From: a virus
IMG/VR virus record: IMGVR_UViG_3300046535_002148
Coordinates: 70,640 to 134,639 of that record
Direction: 5' to 3' (one strand)
DNA length: 64,000 bases
The stretch's first letter is position 1, and every line of letters begins with the position of its first letter. The notes below the pieces were generated by a model. It was given only the letters and a program-made list of their open reading frames with translations. It did no database searches and was not told where the DNA came from. Shown one piece after another: positions 39,191 to 49,593 of this stretch. Both the position numbers and the translations under genes were made by a program.

Positions 39191-40144
39191 CAGGCTTCCT
39201 CGGATGGTGGAGTGGCGTACGCCGGGTCATGGCCGGGACACTGCTGCGACCAGTGGCCGTTGCTGCCGCAACGCAGACACGTGGAAGTCGCGGGCGTAGT
39301 CGGCGCGGCGGTGGGAGCCAGGTAGTGCGCGACGGCGTCCGCGAGACAGGCTCGGTCGAGACTTGCGGACCTCTCTGCGAGCGTCAGGCCGTTGAACCAC
39401 TCGACGGCAGCGTCGATGACGGCCCGCATCGCGGCGACCTGTTCCTCGGCCTTCATCGCTCGCTGCCGTTCCCGGAGCACACCTCTCTGAGTGGTCGTCA
39501 CCTCGGCGGACGTCTCGGCCAGCTCCGCAGTCAGGTCCTCGACGACGTCGGCCAGGCGGAGGGCGGCATCCCGGAAGGGCTTCGGAGCGCGCCAGCGCGG
39601 CCAGCGCACGGTCGCGATGTCGGCGGCGACCCCGTCCTCGCTCATGCCTCCCACCCGCAGGTCTGGCAGACGCGGACGACTCCTCGGCCGCGGGAGGGCA
39701 GCTCGAGGTAGAGCCATTTGCGGCTGCCGCAGCGCAGTCGGTGCATCAAGGAACGGATCATGCTGACGCCCCGTCAGTTACGCGCCTGGACTCGAACTTG
39801 CCCCACGCGCCGATCAGTACTCCCCATTCGACACCGACCGCGGCCACCCGCTCGTTGATGAACTTCTGCGGCTTGCGTTCCCGGCGGAGCGAGGTCGCGA
39901 GCTGGGAGACGACCAGCTGGTACTCCAGTTCGACGTCGCGCCGGTTCGGGAAACGGGCGCTGAGCACGACACCTTGATCGGTGATGACGTACCAGCCCGG
40001 GACCGTGCTGGCCTCGAGGTAGCGAGAGGGGTCGGCGTCGTGGCTCACCAGCGGATCGTCACACACGGATACGACATTGTGTTCGATCCGATCCTGGGGC
40101 AGACTGCCCTCATGCGTCGATGGTGACTCCCCCGCCCCGTTCAT

Positions 40145-40218
40145 GGGGGTGTGGTGTAGTGGTAGCGCCGTCGAGTCCAAATCGACTAGCCCGGGTTCGA
40201 TTCCTGGCACCCCTGCCA
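40145..40218 (+). tRNA. tRNA-Trp (CCA)
   Basis: Acceptor GGGGGTG/CACCCCT, anticodon arm GTCGA-GTCCAAA-TCGAC, T loop TTCGATT, G73, encoded CCA. Confidence 0.85.
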
Positions 40219-40375
40219 TCCCTTCTCGCCGCCTACCGCTGCGCGGCGGCGACGGATCGCCCGAAGATCGGGACGAACGAACGGTCGCGATGGGACCGTT
40301 TGGACCATGCGCCGCGAGCAGTGGCGGCGCATTCTGGTCATCAAGACCATTCCGCCGACCGGGAGGACTGCCGGA

Positions 40376-40671
40376 TGAAGCAGCGCAGCGACATCGACTG
40401 GCCACTGCACATCATCCTTTCCGTCCTCACCGCCGGGTTGTGGCTGTTCGTGCTGCTGTACCTGGTCGTCACCCGCCCGAAGCCCCGCCGGCCGAACCTG
40501 CCGGTCCCCGCCAACACGCCCGAGTTCCGGCAACGCCACGCCGAACGCGCGGCCGAGCTGGACCAACAGATGCTCGACATCCAGGCGAGGCGGACCGAGG
40601 CGCAGGCGAAGAGGGACGAGCTCAACGCGCGAATCGTTGAACGGGAGCGGCAGCAGCAGGATCACGCCTGA
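40376..40671 (+). CDS. Small membrane protein
   Basis: HIILSVLTAGLWL TM segment plus coiled coil. Confidence 0.5.
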
Positions 40672-41045
40672 CGCTTGCTGGGGAACACGCACAGGCCGGT
40701 GGCGGTGTTGGCCAGGGGCTTTCGCGGTACCCAGCCGCCGCCGTTGGTGATGCACTGCTGCTCGCGTCGCTGCTCGACGTCGACCCGTCCGGTGTCCGGC
40801 CGGGTGTTGTAGCGGTAGATCAGCAGCCCGATCCCGAAGATCAGGGTGAAGAACGTGGCGACGCCGACCACGATGGCGACGGCCTCGTTGCGGCTCTTGC
40901 GCCGCTCTTCGCGCGCCCTGGCGATCGCTTTCTCGGTCTCCAGCCGTCGCAGCTCGGCCTCGTGCCGGTGCTGCTGCTCCCGGAAGTCCAGCTTCTCGAC
41001 GTAGGTCATGCCCACTTCGGGATCGAGGTCGAGGTCGTCGCTCAT
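40662..41045 (-). CDS. Membrane protein
   Basis: MSDDLDLD... coiled coil then TM helix. Confidence 0.5.
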   Translation of the reverse strand: MSDDLDLDPEVGMTYVEKLDFREQQHRHEAELRRLETEKAIARAREERRKSRNEAVAIVVGVATFFTLIFGIGLLIYRYNTRPDTGRVDVEQRREQQCITNGGGWVPRKPLANTATGLCVFPSKRQA

Positions 41046-42739
41046 TGCTCCTCCGAGCAGATGTCCTCGAAGTCGCTGGTGAAGACCCGCGTCCCGCACT
41101 CGCACGTGAAGGTGACCTGCGAGGCGGACATGCCCAGGTCGATCACGGGGAGGCCGTTGTGCTCGATGCCGGTGCGGAGGGACAGGTACATGCCCTCCCC
41201 GCAGTTGGGGCACTCGAGGGACAGGTAGACGTCAGCGGCCATGGTTCAGAAGGAGCTGGTGTCGACGGACGCGCTGCTGGTGTCGCAGTAGGAGCTGGTG
41301 TCCGGCGCGGAGTAGCTCGACGAGGTGTCGACGTACGAGCTGGAGGTGTCCGGCGCGCAGGGGCTCGGGTCCGGTGCCGGCGTGGGGTCCGGCGCCGGGC
41401 AAGCCGGGGCGCTGTCCTGGGCGGGGGCGGGGATCGCGGCGGTCATCAGGACCGGTGTCATGTCGGGGAGGTCGACCTCCTCGACGGTGTCCGACTTGAT
41501 GCCCTCGGATCGCTGCTGCTGGCTCTTCGTTGCCGGGCGGCGTACGTGCTTCTTCAGCATCTCCGTCGGTGACGGGGTGCCGGGCTTCGGCTCCTCGTCC
41601 TCCTGGAGGATGTTGGCGTCCGGCCAAAGCTCCTCGAAGCTCGGCGCCTCGTGGCGCTCGACGCCGAGGTGCTTGTAGATGCTCTGGATCCAGTTGCTGA
41701 GGCCCACGTCAGGCGCCTTCCGGTTCGTAGGGATAGACAAGTTCGAATTCGCAGTGGCACCGGTCGCACTCGACGATCAGGACGGTCTTCACCGTTCCGG
41801 ACCAGCGTTCGATGACGGTGCCCTTGCCGCCGCACTCGGGACAGGGCTGGGAACGTGCGTGCTCGCAGGCCGCGCGCACGTCCATGACGTTCACTCCGGC
41901 TGCGTGGTCTGGCCCGGCTGGAGATGCGCTGCCAGGTACAGCTGCTGGGTGAGCATCGCCGAGACCTGCAGTGCGCCGGCCAGGGGCAGTTCGACGGTCC
42001 AGACCGACGACTCCTCCGCCTGCTCCTCGTCGGCGATGAAGACCAGGACCACCCTCGGGTCCTCGCCGTGGTGGTGTGCGTAGATGTCGACGCCGAGACT
42101 CATGAGTTCGACGTCGCAATCAGTAGATGGGTCAGGGCGTCACGGACCTCGGTGAGCTGCCCACGGTCGAACGTCCCACTGATCGTGACGTCGAAGGCGC
42201 CCTTGCGTCCGATCGCACTGACGCGCCACAGCTCCGTGCCTGCCGCGATGATCGCCGCCCCGCCCCAGGCCTCGTTCTCAACCGCCCATTCCACCGGGAC
42301 GGGGACGACCTGGGTCGGCCGGACCTCCTCCAACGGGAATCCGTCGGCGATCTCGGCGTCGGTCCACTCCTCGGCCGGCTCGTTCACATCGCACCCACTG
42401 CCTGGTTGGCATTCCAGTACAGCTGGGTCATGGGCCCGTAGCCCTGGATCTGGGCCCAGGTGTAGGCGTCGTCGTTGAGCATCGGGTCACCGCAACGCCA
42501 GAGACCGTCGCGCCACTTCTGCCAGATCCGGCCGAAGCGGTCGGAGACCGCGGCCATCGGCGTGATCGGCTCCGGCATGCTCTCGACGACCTCGACGGTC
42601 GACCCGACCGGGAGCCATCGTTCCTGTCCGGACTCGTCGACGATGCAGATCTCGCCGGCGTCATTGACGTCGCCGTAGCTACCGATGACCGGCGGCGGGG
42701 TCACGCGGACCCAGGCGCCGAAGGAGATGTCCGGGGTCG

Positions 42740-43096
42740 TCATACCGGCCGCGCTCCTTTGCCGTCCCAGTCCTTGGCCATGCCTGCCTCGACCGAGACC
42801 GCGTTGACGCTGTGGCCCGCGACCAGGTCCTCGTGGGAGACGAAGATGTCGGCCAGCCAGCGCCCGTACTTCTCGGTCTTGTCCTTGTGGGTCTGGACGA
42901 CGACCGCGAGACCGACGGGGAGCTGCTGCTCCAACCAGGCCTTGCTCGTCACGCCTTCGGGGGTGTTGTGCTCCGGGGCGTTGATCCCGTAGAGGCGGAC
43001 CCGCGCCTGCTGGTAGGTCCTCAGGCCGAGGTCGACGGTGAGGTCCACGGTGTCGCCGTCGACGACCTTCACGACCCTGGCTGCGTATTCGTACAT
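42740..43096 (-). CDS. Thermonuclease (SNase-like)
   Basis: VVDGDTV, RVRLYGINAPE, EKYGRWLA. Leaderless TAGGTT -10. Confidence 0.88.
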   Translation of the reverse strand: MYEYAARVVKVVDGDTVDLTVDLGLRTYQQARVRLYGINAPEHNTPEGVTSKAWLEQQLPVGLAVVVQTHKDKTEKYGRWLADIFVSHEDLVAGHSVNAVSVEAGMAKDWDGKGARPV

Positions 43097-43215
43097 GGCC
43101 CCCGAACCTAGCCGGGATGGACCCGCATCTGTTTGGCGGACCAAACTCCCAAGCTGACTTGGGAGCAACGTAAACCGTAGAAGCACCGACCCGCCAGAGC
43201 CCTAGCGTTCCGGTC

Positions 43216-43953
43216 ATGACGAAGCTGAATCAGTTGGTGGCTGTTGAGAAGGGCCTCAAGAGCACGGTGAACCGTCGTTGGACGGACTGCTACCACCAGG
43301 TAGGGAAGTCGGCGCTGCTCGCCGGCCTGCAGCGCACCTACACGCCCAAGGAGGAGGACGGCGACCAGCTTCCCCCGGAGTCGGTGCGGGTACAGATCGA
43401 CGTCGAGGACGTCCTGGTGACGCTGGGCAAGGATCTCGGGCGGCTGTTCGACGTGGTCTCCACGAAGGACAACGCGAACTGCGAGGCCAAGGCCGACGTC
43501 AAGCTGTCCGACGGCTCGGTGCTGCTGCACGACGTGCCGGTCTCCACGCTGCTGTACCTCGAGAAGCAGCTGACCGACCTGCACACCTTCTGCGCCAAGC
43601 TGCCGGTGCTCGACCCGGCCGAGAACTGGACGCGCGACGAGAACGCCAACGTCTACAAGACCGACGCGGTGCAGACCACCCGGACCAAGAAGGTCCCGAA
43701 GGCGTTCGTGAAGGCGCCGGCCACGGACAAGCACCCGGCCCAGGTGGAGATGTTCCACGAGGACGTGATCGCGGGCACCTGGACGCTGGTCAAGCACTCC
43801 GGGGCCATCCCGGCGACCCGCCGCGTCCAGCTCGTCGATCGTGTGGAGGAGCTGCAACGCGCGGTGAAGTTCGCCCGTGAGGCCGCGAACACCATGGAGA
43901 TCACCGACAAGCTCATGGGCAAGGCGGTGTTCGACTACCTCTTCGCGAGGTAG
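43216..43953 (+). CDS. Conserved hypothetical helical/coiled-coil protein (candidate partner of the downstream RNA)
   Basis: 245 aa MTKLNQLVAVEKG...RTYTPK...RTKKVP...HPAQV. Leaderless TAGCGT -10. Resembles an uncharacterised family I recall from actinobacteria and phages (not verified). Confidence 0.8.
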   Translation: MTKLNQLVAVEKGLKSTVNRRWTDCYHQVGKSALLAGLQRTYTPKEEDGDQLPPESVRVQIDVEDVLVTLGKDLGRLFDVVSTKDNANCEAKADVKLSDGSVLLHDVPVSTLLYLEKQLTDLHTFCAKLPVLDPAENWTRDENANVYKTDAVQTTRTKKVPKAFVKAPATDKHPAQVEMFHEDVIAGTWTLVKHSGAIPATRRVQLVDRVEELQRAVKFAREAANTMEITDKLMGKAVFDYLFAR

Positions 43954-43964
43954 TCCCACAGATC

Positions 43965-44383
43965 CCCACCGGCGCCCCCTTGCTGGACGGTCCGGTGGGT
44001 AGCACGGAGCACAAGCTGAAGATGAAGCTCACGACAGGAGGCCCTCAGGCTGAACGTCAACTGAATCTGATGCCACATCAGCGGCAAAGTGGAGTGTTCG
44101 AATCCTCCCCGGGGCCCCAACTCATGCCCCGGTAGCCCAATCGGTAGAGGCACCGCCGGCCCTCAGACTCTTGCTCCAACTTCAGACCCCCCACGCCCAT
44201 CGGATCAACCTGGTCGGGGCAACCCCACGAAGCGATGCCGGTTCGAATCCGGCCCGAGGCTCCACGTGCCTCGGTGGTCTAACGGCAAGACAACTTCGAG
44301 TTTCTGAAGCTGATCCCGATCATTCAAACGTCGCCGGTGGGACGACAACGTGGACAGTCACGTCTTGAAAACGTGAATACACA
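43965..44383 (+). ncRNA. Structured RNA with two circularly permuted tRNA-like domains
   Basis: Domain A (44081-44156) and domain B (44228-44298) each read T arm, 7-bp acceptor hairpin, D arm, closed by a short stem. Boundaries approximate. Confidence 0.75.
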
Positions 44384-44414
44384 GACGGCCCGGGCAGGAT
44401 ACGCCCGGGCCGTC
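44384..44414 (+). terminator. Hairpin terminator
   Basis: 12-bp inverted repeat GACGGCCCGGGC/GCCCGGGCCGTC. Confidence 0.65.
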
Positions 44415-44431
44415 GCCATATCTGGAGACCC

Positions 44432-44863
44432 ATGAGCGTCAAGCCCTTCGCGCACGGTCGAGCCTGGTCCGAGGAGGACGACCTCCGCCTGGTCGAGCTG
44501 TACGACGACTTCACCCTCAGGCAGATCGCCGTGGTGATCGGCCGCAGCCGCGGCGCGACAGCGCTGCGCGCCACCCAGCTGGGCCTGAACCGCCGCGTCG
44601 AGGCCTGCAAGCAGTGCGACAAGGCCCTGCCGCCGCCCCAGCGCAGCAGCGGGCGTCCCCGGTACTACTGCGACCCGGAGTGCCGGCTCCTGCACAACGA
44701 ACAGCGCCGGGCCGAGAAGCGCAACGCCCGGAAGCGGACGACCTGCCTCGAGTGCGACGGCCCCATGCCGGCGACGCACCGCTGGAAGTTCTGCTCCGAC
44801 GAATGTGCCCACACCTGGTGGGCGGGCCGAAGAACAGAGGAGAGGAAGGGAGGGGCCGCATGA
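44432..44863 (+). CDS. HTH plus Cys-repeat DNA-binding protein
   Basis: WSEEDD...TLRQIAVVIGRS, CKQC...YCDPEC, CLEC...FCSDEC. Paralog of 28735-29205. Confidence 0.6.
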   Translation: MSVKPFAHGRAWSEEDDLRLVELYDDFTLRQIAVVIGRSRGATALRATQLGLNRRVEACKQCDKALPPPQRSSGRPRYYCDPECRLLHNEQRRAEKRNARKRTTCLECDGPMPATHRWKFCSDECAHTWWAGRRTEERKGGAA

Positions 44864-45003
44864 GCCCACTGCTGATCGTCGCCCTGCTGTTGGTCCTGCT
44901 GTTCGGGGGGTTCGGCTTCGCCGTCCACATCCTGTGGTGGGGCCTGATCCTGGCCCTGGTCGTTCTGGTCGCCGAGGCGGTCCTCGGTCGCCGGCGGCTC
45001 TGA
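44860..45003 (+). CDS. Small hydrophobic membrane protein
   Basis: MSPLLIVALLLVLLFGGFGFAVHILWWGLILALVVLVAEAVLGRRRL. Confidence 0.6.
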   Translation: MSPLLIVALLLVLLFGGFGFAVHILWWGLILALVVLVAEAVLGRRRL

Positions 45004-45409
45004 GACCGCCGCCCGGGCGGGGGTAGGGGCCTACGATCCCCGGCCCCGTGCTCCCGGCGCGACGGCGACGCCCACGATAGGCGACAGCCCCGGCCATCCA
45101 GGCCGGGGCTGTCTTGTCCGTCGACGGAGCTGGAGCGGCTCGAGCCCGGGGTCTGCAGCGTGGAGACCAGCTCCGGGCCGTCATCGCCGTCCATGGCCGG
45201 ACCGTGTGCAAACCGGCTTTGACTCCGCCGACGGCGTCCGGGGAATGGCTAACGCCACCACCGTTCGCGCAGGTCAGGGGCCAAAGCGAACGGCGCATCA
45301 CTTGTTCGGGCTGATGCCCAGGACCTCGGGGACGCAGGCGCTGCACAGCCCGCACTCGATGGACGACGGCGCCCAGAGGGGGTGCTCGCAGTTGACGCAG
45401 CGCGGGTCC

Positions 45410-47071
45410 TCACGCGAACTGTTCTTCAGGAACTCGCGCGGATCGCTCACGTCTCAGGCCCTCGGTCTTCTTCTCGTAGGGGTCCAGCTTGGCATCCCCG
45501 GGGACGTCGATGAGCACCTCCTCCTCGGCCCAGCGGTTCAGGCTCTCGGCGATCTCCTCGGCCACGGACCGACGCCAGTAGTGCGCCAGGGTCAGCCGGG
45601 AGTAGCCGGTGGCCTGGCGGCGGACACGGACGACGATGAAGTGCCCACGGTTGTGCTTCTCGACCCGGTAGAACTCGTCGGCGTAGGTCATGACGCTCCG
45701 TTCGGCTCGAGCAGGCGGTCGCGCAGGACCCGAAGGGGCTCGGTCAGGTGCCCGCGCTCCTCCAGCGCCCGGAAGGCGTCGAGGACCTCGTCCAGCGTCA
45801 GGGGCTTCGCCGGCTGGGCGACCTGGTCCTTGCTCCAGGCGTCCTCGTCCACGTCGCCGATCTCGTCGCGGTAGGCGCGGACCAGCGGCATGATGCGGTG
45901 CTCGACCCAGGTCGCCCAGGAGGTCAGGACCCGGTCCTGGGCCTCCGTGGAGAACGTGTGCATGTCCACGACCTGTTCGGCGATGCGGACGGCGATCCGG
46001 TCGCGCAGTTCGGTACTCATCGACGGAAGATCCCCTTGAAGTAGGTGACGAGGACCCAGGCCAGGGCCAGGGCGCCGACCGAGGCGGCGATGCCCTCCGG
46101 CCAGTTCCAGCACTGGGTGTTGGCGGAGTCGGCGAGGTTCACGGAAGTGCCTCCAGGACCATGTGGATGAGCAGGTAGGCCCCGATCAGGTAGCCGAGGG
46201 CGCAGAGGACGAACAACCACCGGGCCCGACGGAGATCGGCGCGGGCCTGCTGCCCGTTCTTGCAGCCGACGCAGCTGCAGTTGTCGGGGATGACGTCGAA
46301 CCCGCGTCCGCGGGCCCAGCAGTGCGCGGCCTGGCGCACGAGCTCGTCCGGAAGATCAGTCATGAGCGACCAGCCAGTCGACGTTGCCCAGAAGGCCCGC
46401 GACCTCCATGGGTGTGTAGCACTCGGTCATGGCGCCGAGGATCTGACGGGCCTGCGGCGAGGTCGAGATCTGCGCGAGCTCCGCCTGGCTGGGCAGAGCG
46501 AGTGAGACGGCGCCGGCGTTGTCGACGGTCATCAACGACAGGCCGTGGCACTCCCAGCAGATGTTGACGTCGCCGGTCTCCAGGATGGCCTCGTCGTTGG
46601 TGTAGTCGAGCACGGCGTGGCAGTAGGGACAGGGGGCAATGAGTTGTGGAAGCACCTTCACCCCATCGTCTTCGGGGGCGCCGGTTCCCAGGCGAGCGCG
46701 TCCCACGTCAGGCCGGGACGGACGGTCCCGGAGGCGGTCGTGAGCGTCTGCAGGTCGATCCGACCGTTGACGGCGAGGGGGGAGATCGGCGCCGACTCGG
46801 GTCGGCGGATCTCGTAGCGCGGCCGGAGGACCGGCGGGTCGACGCTGAGGTCGAGGGTCTCCTGAGACTGCACGGCGACGAACATCCTCCGCGCCGTGGT
46901 CTCCAGCTCGAGGAAGGAGTCCTGGAACGTCTCGTCGAGCTCGTTGTAGGCCAGGGCGCCGTCGTCCTCGCGCCACACTTCTGCGAAGCCCCAGGTCTCG
47001 GGCTCGGGGTCGTCATCCTCGTTGTAGTCGTAGTACACGACCACGCGCCGTTCGCTCACGGTGATCCTCAC
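45410..47071 (-). other. Run of short hypothetical ORFs
   Basis: Overlapping minus-strand ORFs such as 45410-45691, 45688-46020, 46139-46363 and 46658-47071. Confidence 0.45.
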
Positions 47072-47614
47072 GTAGGAGGACGGGCCGTCGCCGGATCTCC
47101 CGGCAGGCGACGGCCCGTCCGCTCAGGGGGGCGACCCGGCGAAGACCAGGTCCCGGTCGGACAACGAGGACGCTAGCGAGATCCCCGGATGAACCGATTT
47201 GCTTTCCCTGTCGCGGATCTGCACCACTGGGCTATGGTCGGAACGCACGCCGGATTGACGCACAGAGAGCGCCCCCCGAACAGTTTGCAGGGCTGTTCAG
47301 GGGGCGCTCGTGTCTCCGGAGCTGGCTCGGGAGTTACATCAGCGCGGATCGCGCGCGGGTCTGCGCCACCAGCAGCGTCATCCAGACGTCCTCGTGCAGC
47401 TGCATCTCGGCGATCGCCCTGAGCGCCTCGCGCAGACGTCCCACCTCTTCCAGCAGGTCGGTCGCGATGTTGAGCAGGCGCAGCACTCCCCCGTCGGGCG
47501 ACAGGAAGTCGATGACGTCGCTGGCCATGGGTACCGGGTACTCGCCGGCCTCGTAGGAGTAGCAGACGGCGGCGCGCACGCGCTCCAGCAGCTCCTTCGT
47601 CGGGACCTCGAAGG

Positions 47615-48007
47615 TCACGAGGTCCCGACCCACTTCCCGTGCTCGAAGGTCTCGACCTTGATGTTCTCCGGCCGCATGTCGCGCTGAAGCTGATTCTCTA
47701 ACCTCCGTTTCAGCTCGGCCTCGTCGAGGGCGTCCTGGCCGAGCTTGCGCTTCATCCAGGTCTGGAAGGTCGAGGTCGCGACCATGCGCTCGAACGCGAT
47801 GCGCTTGTTGCGGTGCTGGGACCGGTCCTCGCGGGACTCGCCACGGGCGCCGGATTCGCGGTGGATGATCCGCACGCCACTGGAGGTCTTGTTGACCTTC
47901 TGCCCGCCGTTGCCCCCGACGCGGAAGGTCTGCACGTCGCAGTCGTCCAGGGTTACCGACAGGACCCGCTCGCCCTTGTCGACCCGTCTTTTCGGTTCGT
48001 ACATCAT
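47615..48007 (-). CDS. Peptide chain release factor-like (GGQ domain only, ArfB/PrfH-like)
   Basis: TFRVGGNGGQKVNKTSSGVRIIH...RSQHRNKRIAFERM. Confidence 0.85.
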   Translation of the reverse strand: MMYEPKRRVDKGERVLSVTLDDCDVQTFRVGGNGGQKVNKTSSGVRIIHRESGARGESREDRSQHRNKRIAFERMVATSTFQTWMKRKLGQDALDEAELKRRLENQLQRDMRPENIKVETFEHGKWVGTS

Positions 48008-49006
48008 GGGTGGACGGTACTCCCGAGCCGACTCGGGAGCGGGGCCGAACGAATCCTGACGACACGCCGGACGGTCGAGGGCGGTCCCATTATGTGAGAC
48101 GACGCACGAGCGTTGCGAGATCGGTGCCTCTCCCGACAGATTTGACCTTTGATCCCCGGATGCCCTTGGCTACCGATGCCGGCCCCGTCATCGAGGAATC
48201 CTCCCCGCCCGCGCTTGACGCATGGGTGTTGGTCGTCCGCCTGGTCAGTTGGCGAGTGACGGGGTCGGCTCAAAGCGAATGCCCCTGAGAATCCATCTCT
48301 CAAGGGCATTGCTCGAACTTCCAGTGCTACATCTGCGCAGGTCAGCTGGCTACGTCCAGGAGATTGACGGGCCAGCCGGTCCGCTTCGACGTGTGCTCCG
48401 GTGAATATCCGGAAACCACAAGAGCCCGCGCATCAGCAAGAGTCCAACCCAATTCGGAAAAGCGTTCCTTGCTCGCTTCGAGTTGGCGAGTACTTACAGC
48501 GCCATTCTTTTTCCTGGCGTCACTTTCCTTGGGAACTTCCAATCGTGAAGTGCTGGTCGTGCTGGCCACTCGGCGACTCCTCCGGCCTCTGGGGGCATCC
48601 AAAGAGGTACGTTCGCCATTCCAGCGTCACTTGTCAACGCCGTCGAGCCAGCTCGGCGGCTGCCGCTGGTCGAGCAACTCCCGGTCGATCTCGTCGATCG
48701 CGGCCTGGATCGCGTCGATGGCCTTGGCGACCGCCCGCCGGTAGGTGAATCCGCCGCCGTCGTGCTGGATGAAGTGCGTCCCGACCCCCGCAGGGTTGTG
48801 CTCGTCCACAGGACTGCGGGTCGAATGGATCTCGAACCACCACCGCTGACGCCAACAGCGCCACAGCCGCCCGGAATGACGCTTCCACGGCCGACGCAAC
48901 GGCGCCGCGGGGAGGATCTCGGCGTAGATGCCGGACCCCCAACCCTCGGTGAACGGGGGCCAGGGGCCGGCGACCAGGCCGTAGGCCTGCACGATGTCCG
49001 GGTCGC

Positions 49007-49474
49007 TCACCCGTCGAGGGTAGGCCGGGAGGCGGGCATCTTCCACGGGGTGTCGTGGTCGACCCGCTTGGCGTTGAGGATCAGGTCCTCGTTCGGTGCG
49101 ATGTCCTCCGGGTCCTCGCCCAGGATCTGGGTCAGGATCTCGCGGATGTCGGCGAGATCGTTGTTGCCGTCGAAGAGGTCCCGCGAGAGGCCGTCGGCAG
49201 TACGTCGTCCCATCCGCGCGCCGAGAAGGTCATGGGCGAAGTAGCGCACCTGGACCCGCTCGCCGAGGTAGCCGAACTCCTGGCGCTCCTCCGGGGTCAG
49301 GTCGACCTCGTCGGACCTGGCGCAATCCTGGCTGTAGGCGTAGTCGTAGCCGGCGATCGCGACGGCCCAGCCGGCGAAGCACATTCCGGTGCCGCACCGC
49401 CAGGTGCTCTGGTCGTGGTGCTGCGGGTTGTTCTTGATGTGGTGGTAGGTGGCCACCAGGAGGTCTCTGTTCAT
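49007..49474 (-). CDS. Hypothetical protein
   Basis: HDQSTWRCGTGMCFAGWA motif. Leaderless TACTTT -10. Confidence 0.55.
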   Translation of the reverse strand: MNRDLLVATYHHIKNNPQHHDQSTWRCGTGMCFAGWAVAIAGYDYAYSQDCARSDEVDLTPEERQEFGYLGERVQVRYFAHDLLGARMGRRTADGLSRDLFDGNNDLADIREILTQILGEDPEDIAPNEDLILNAKRVDHDTPWKMPASRPTLDG

Positions 49475-49593
49475 GGGCGGAAAGTACTCCGAAGCCAGCT
49501 TGAGACCTGCCGGATTTTGCGGCCGTCCGGGCCCGCCGGGATCTGCCTAGCCTCGTCGATGACGCGAACAGGCAATCAGATTCGGATGGACCC

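Noticed and set aside
44126-44264. A single ordinary tRNA with an intron (5' half of domain A joined to 3' half of domain B)
   Set aside because: That pairing gives only 6/7 acceptor pairs and non-complementary anticodon stems (CCGC vs CGAAG). The permuted pairings are perfect.
43965-44383. Two-piece tmRNA
   Set aside because: No G3-U70 alanine identity pair, no recognisable tag ORF, and two tRNA-like domains rather than one
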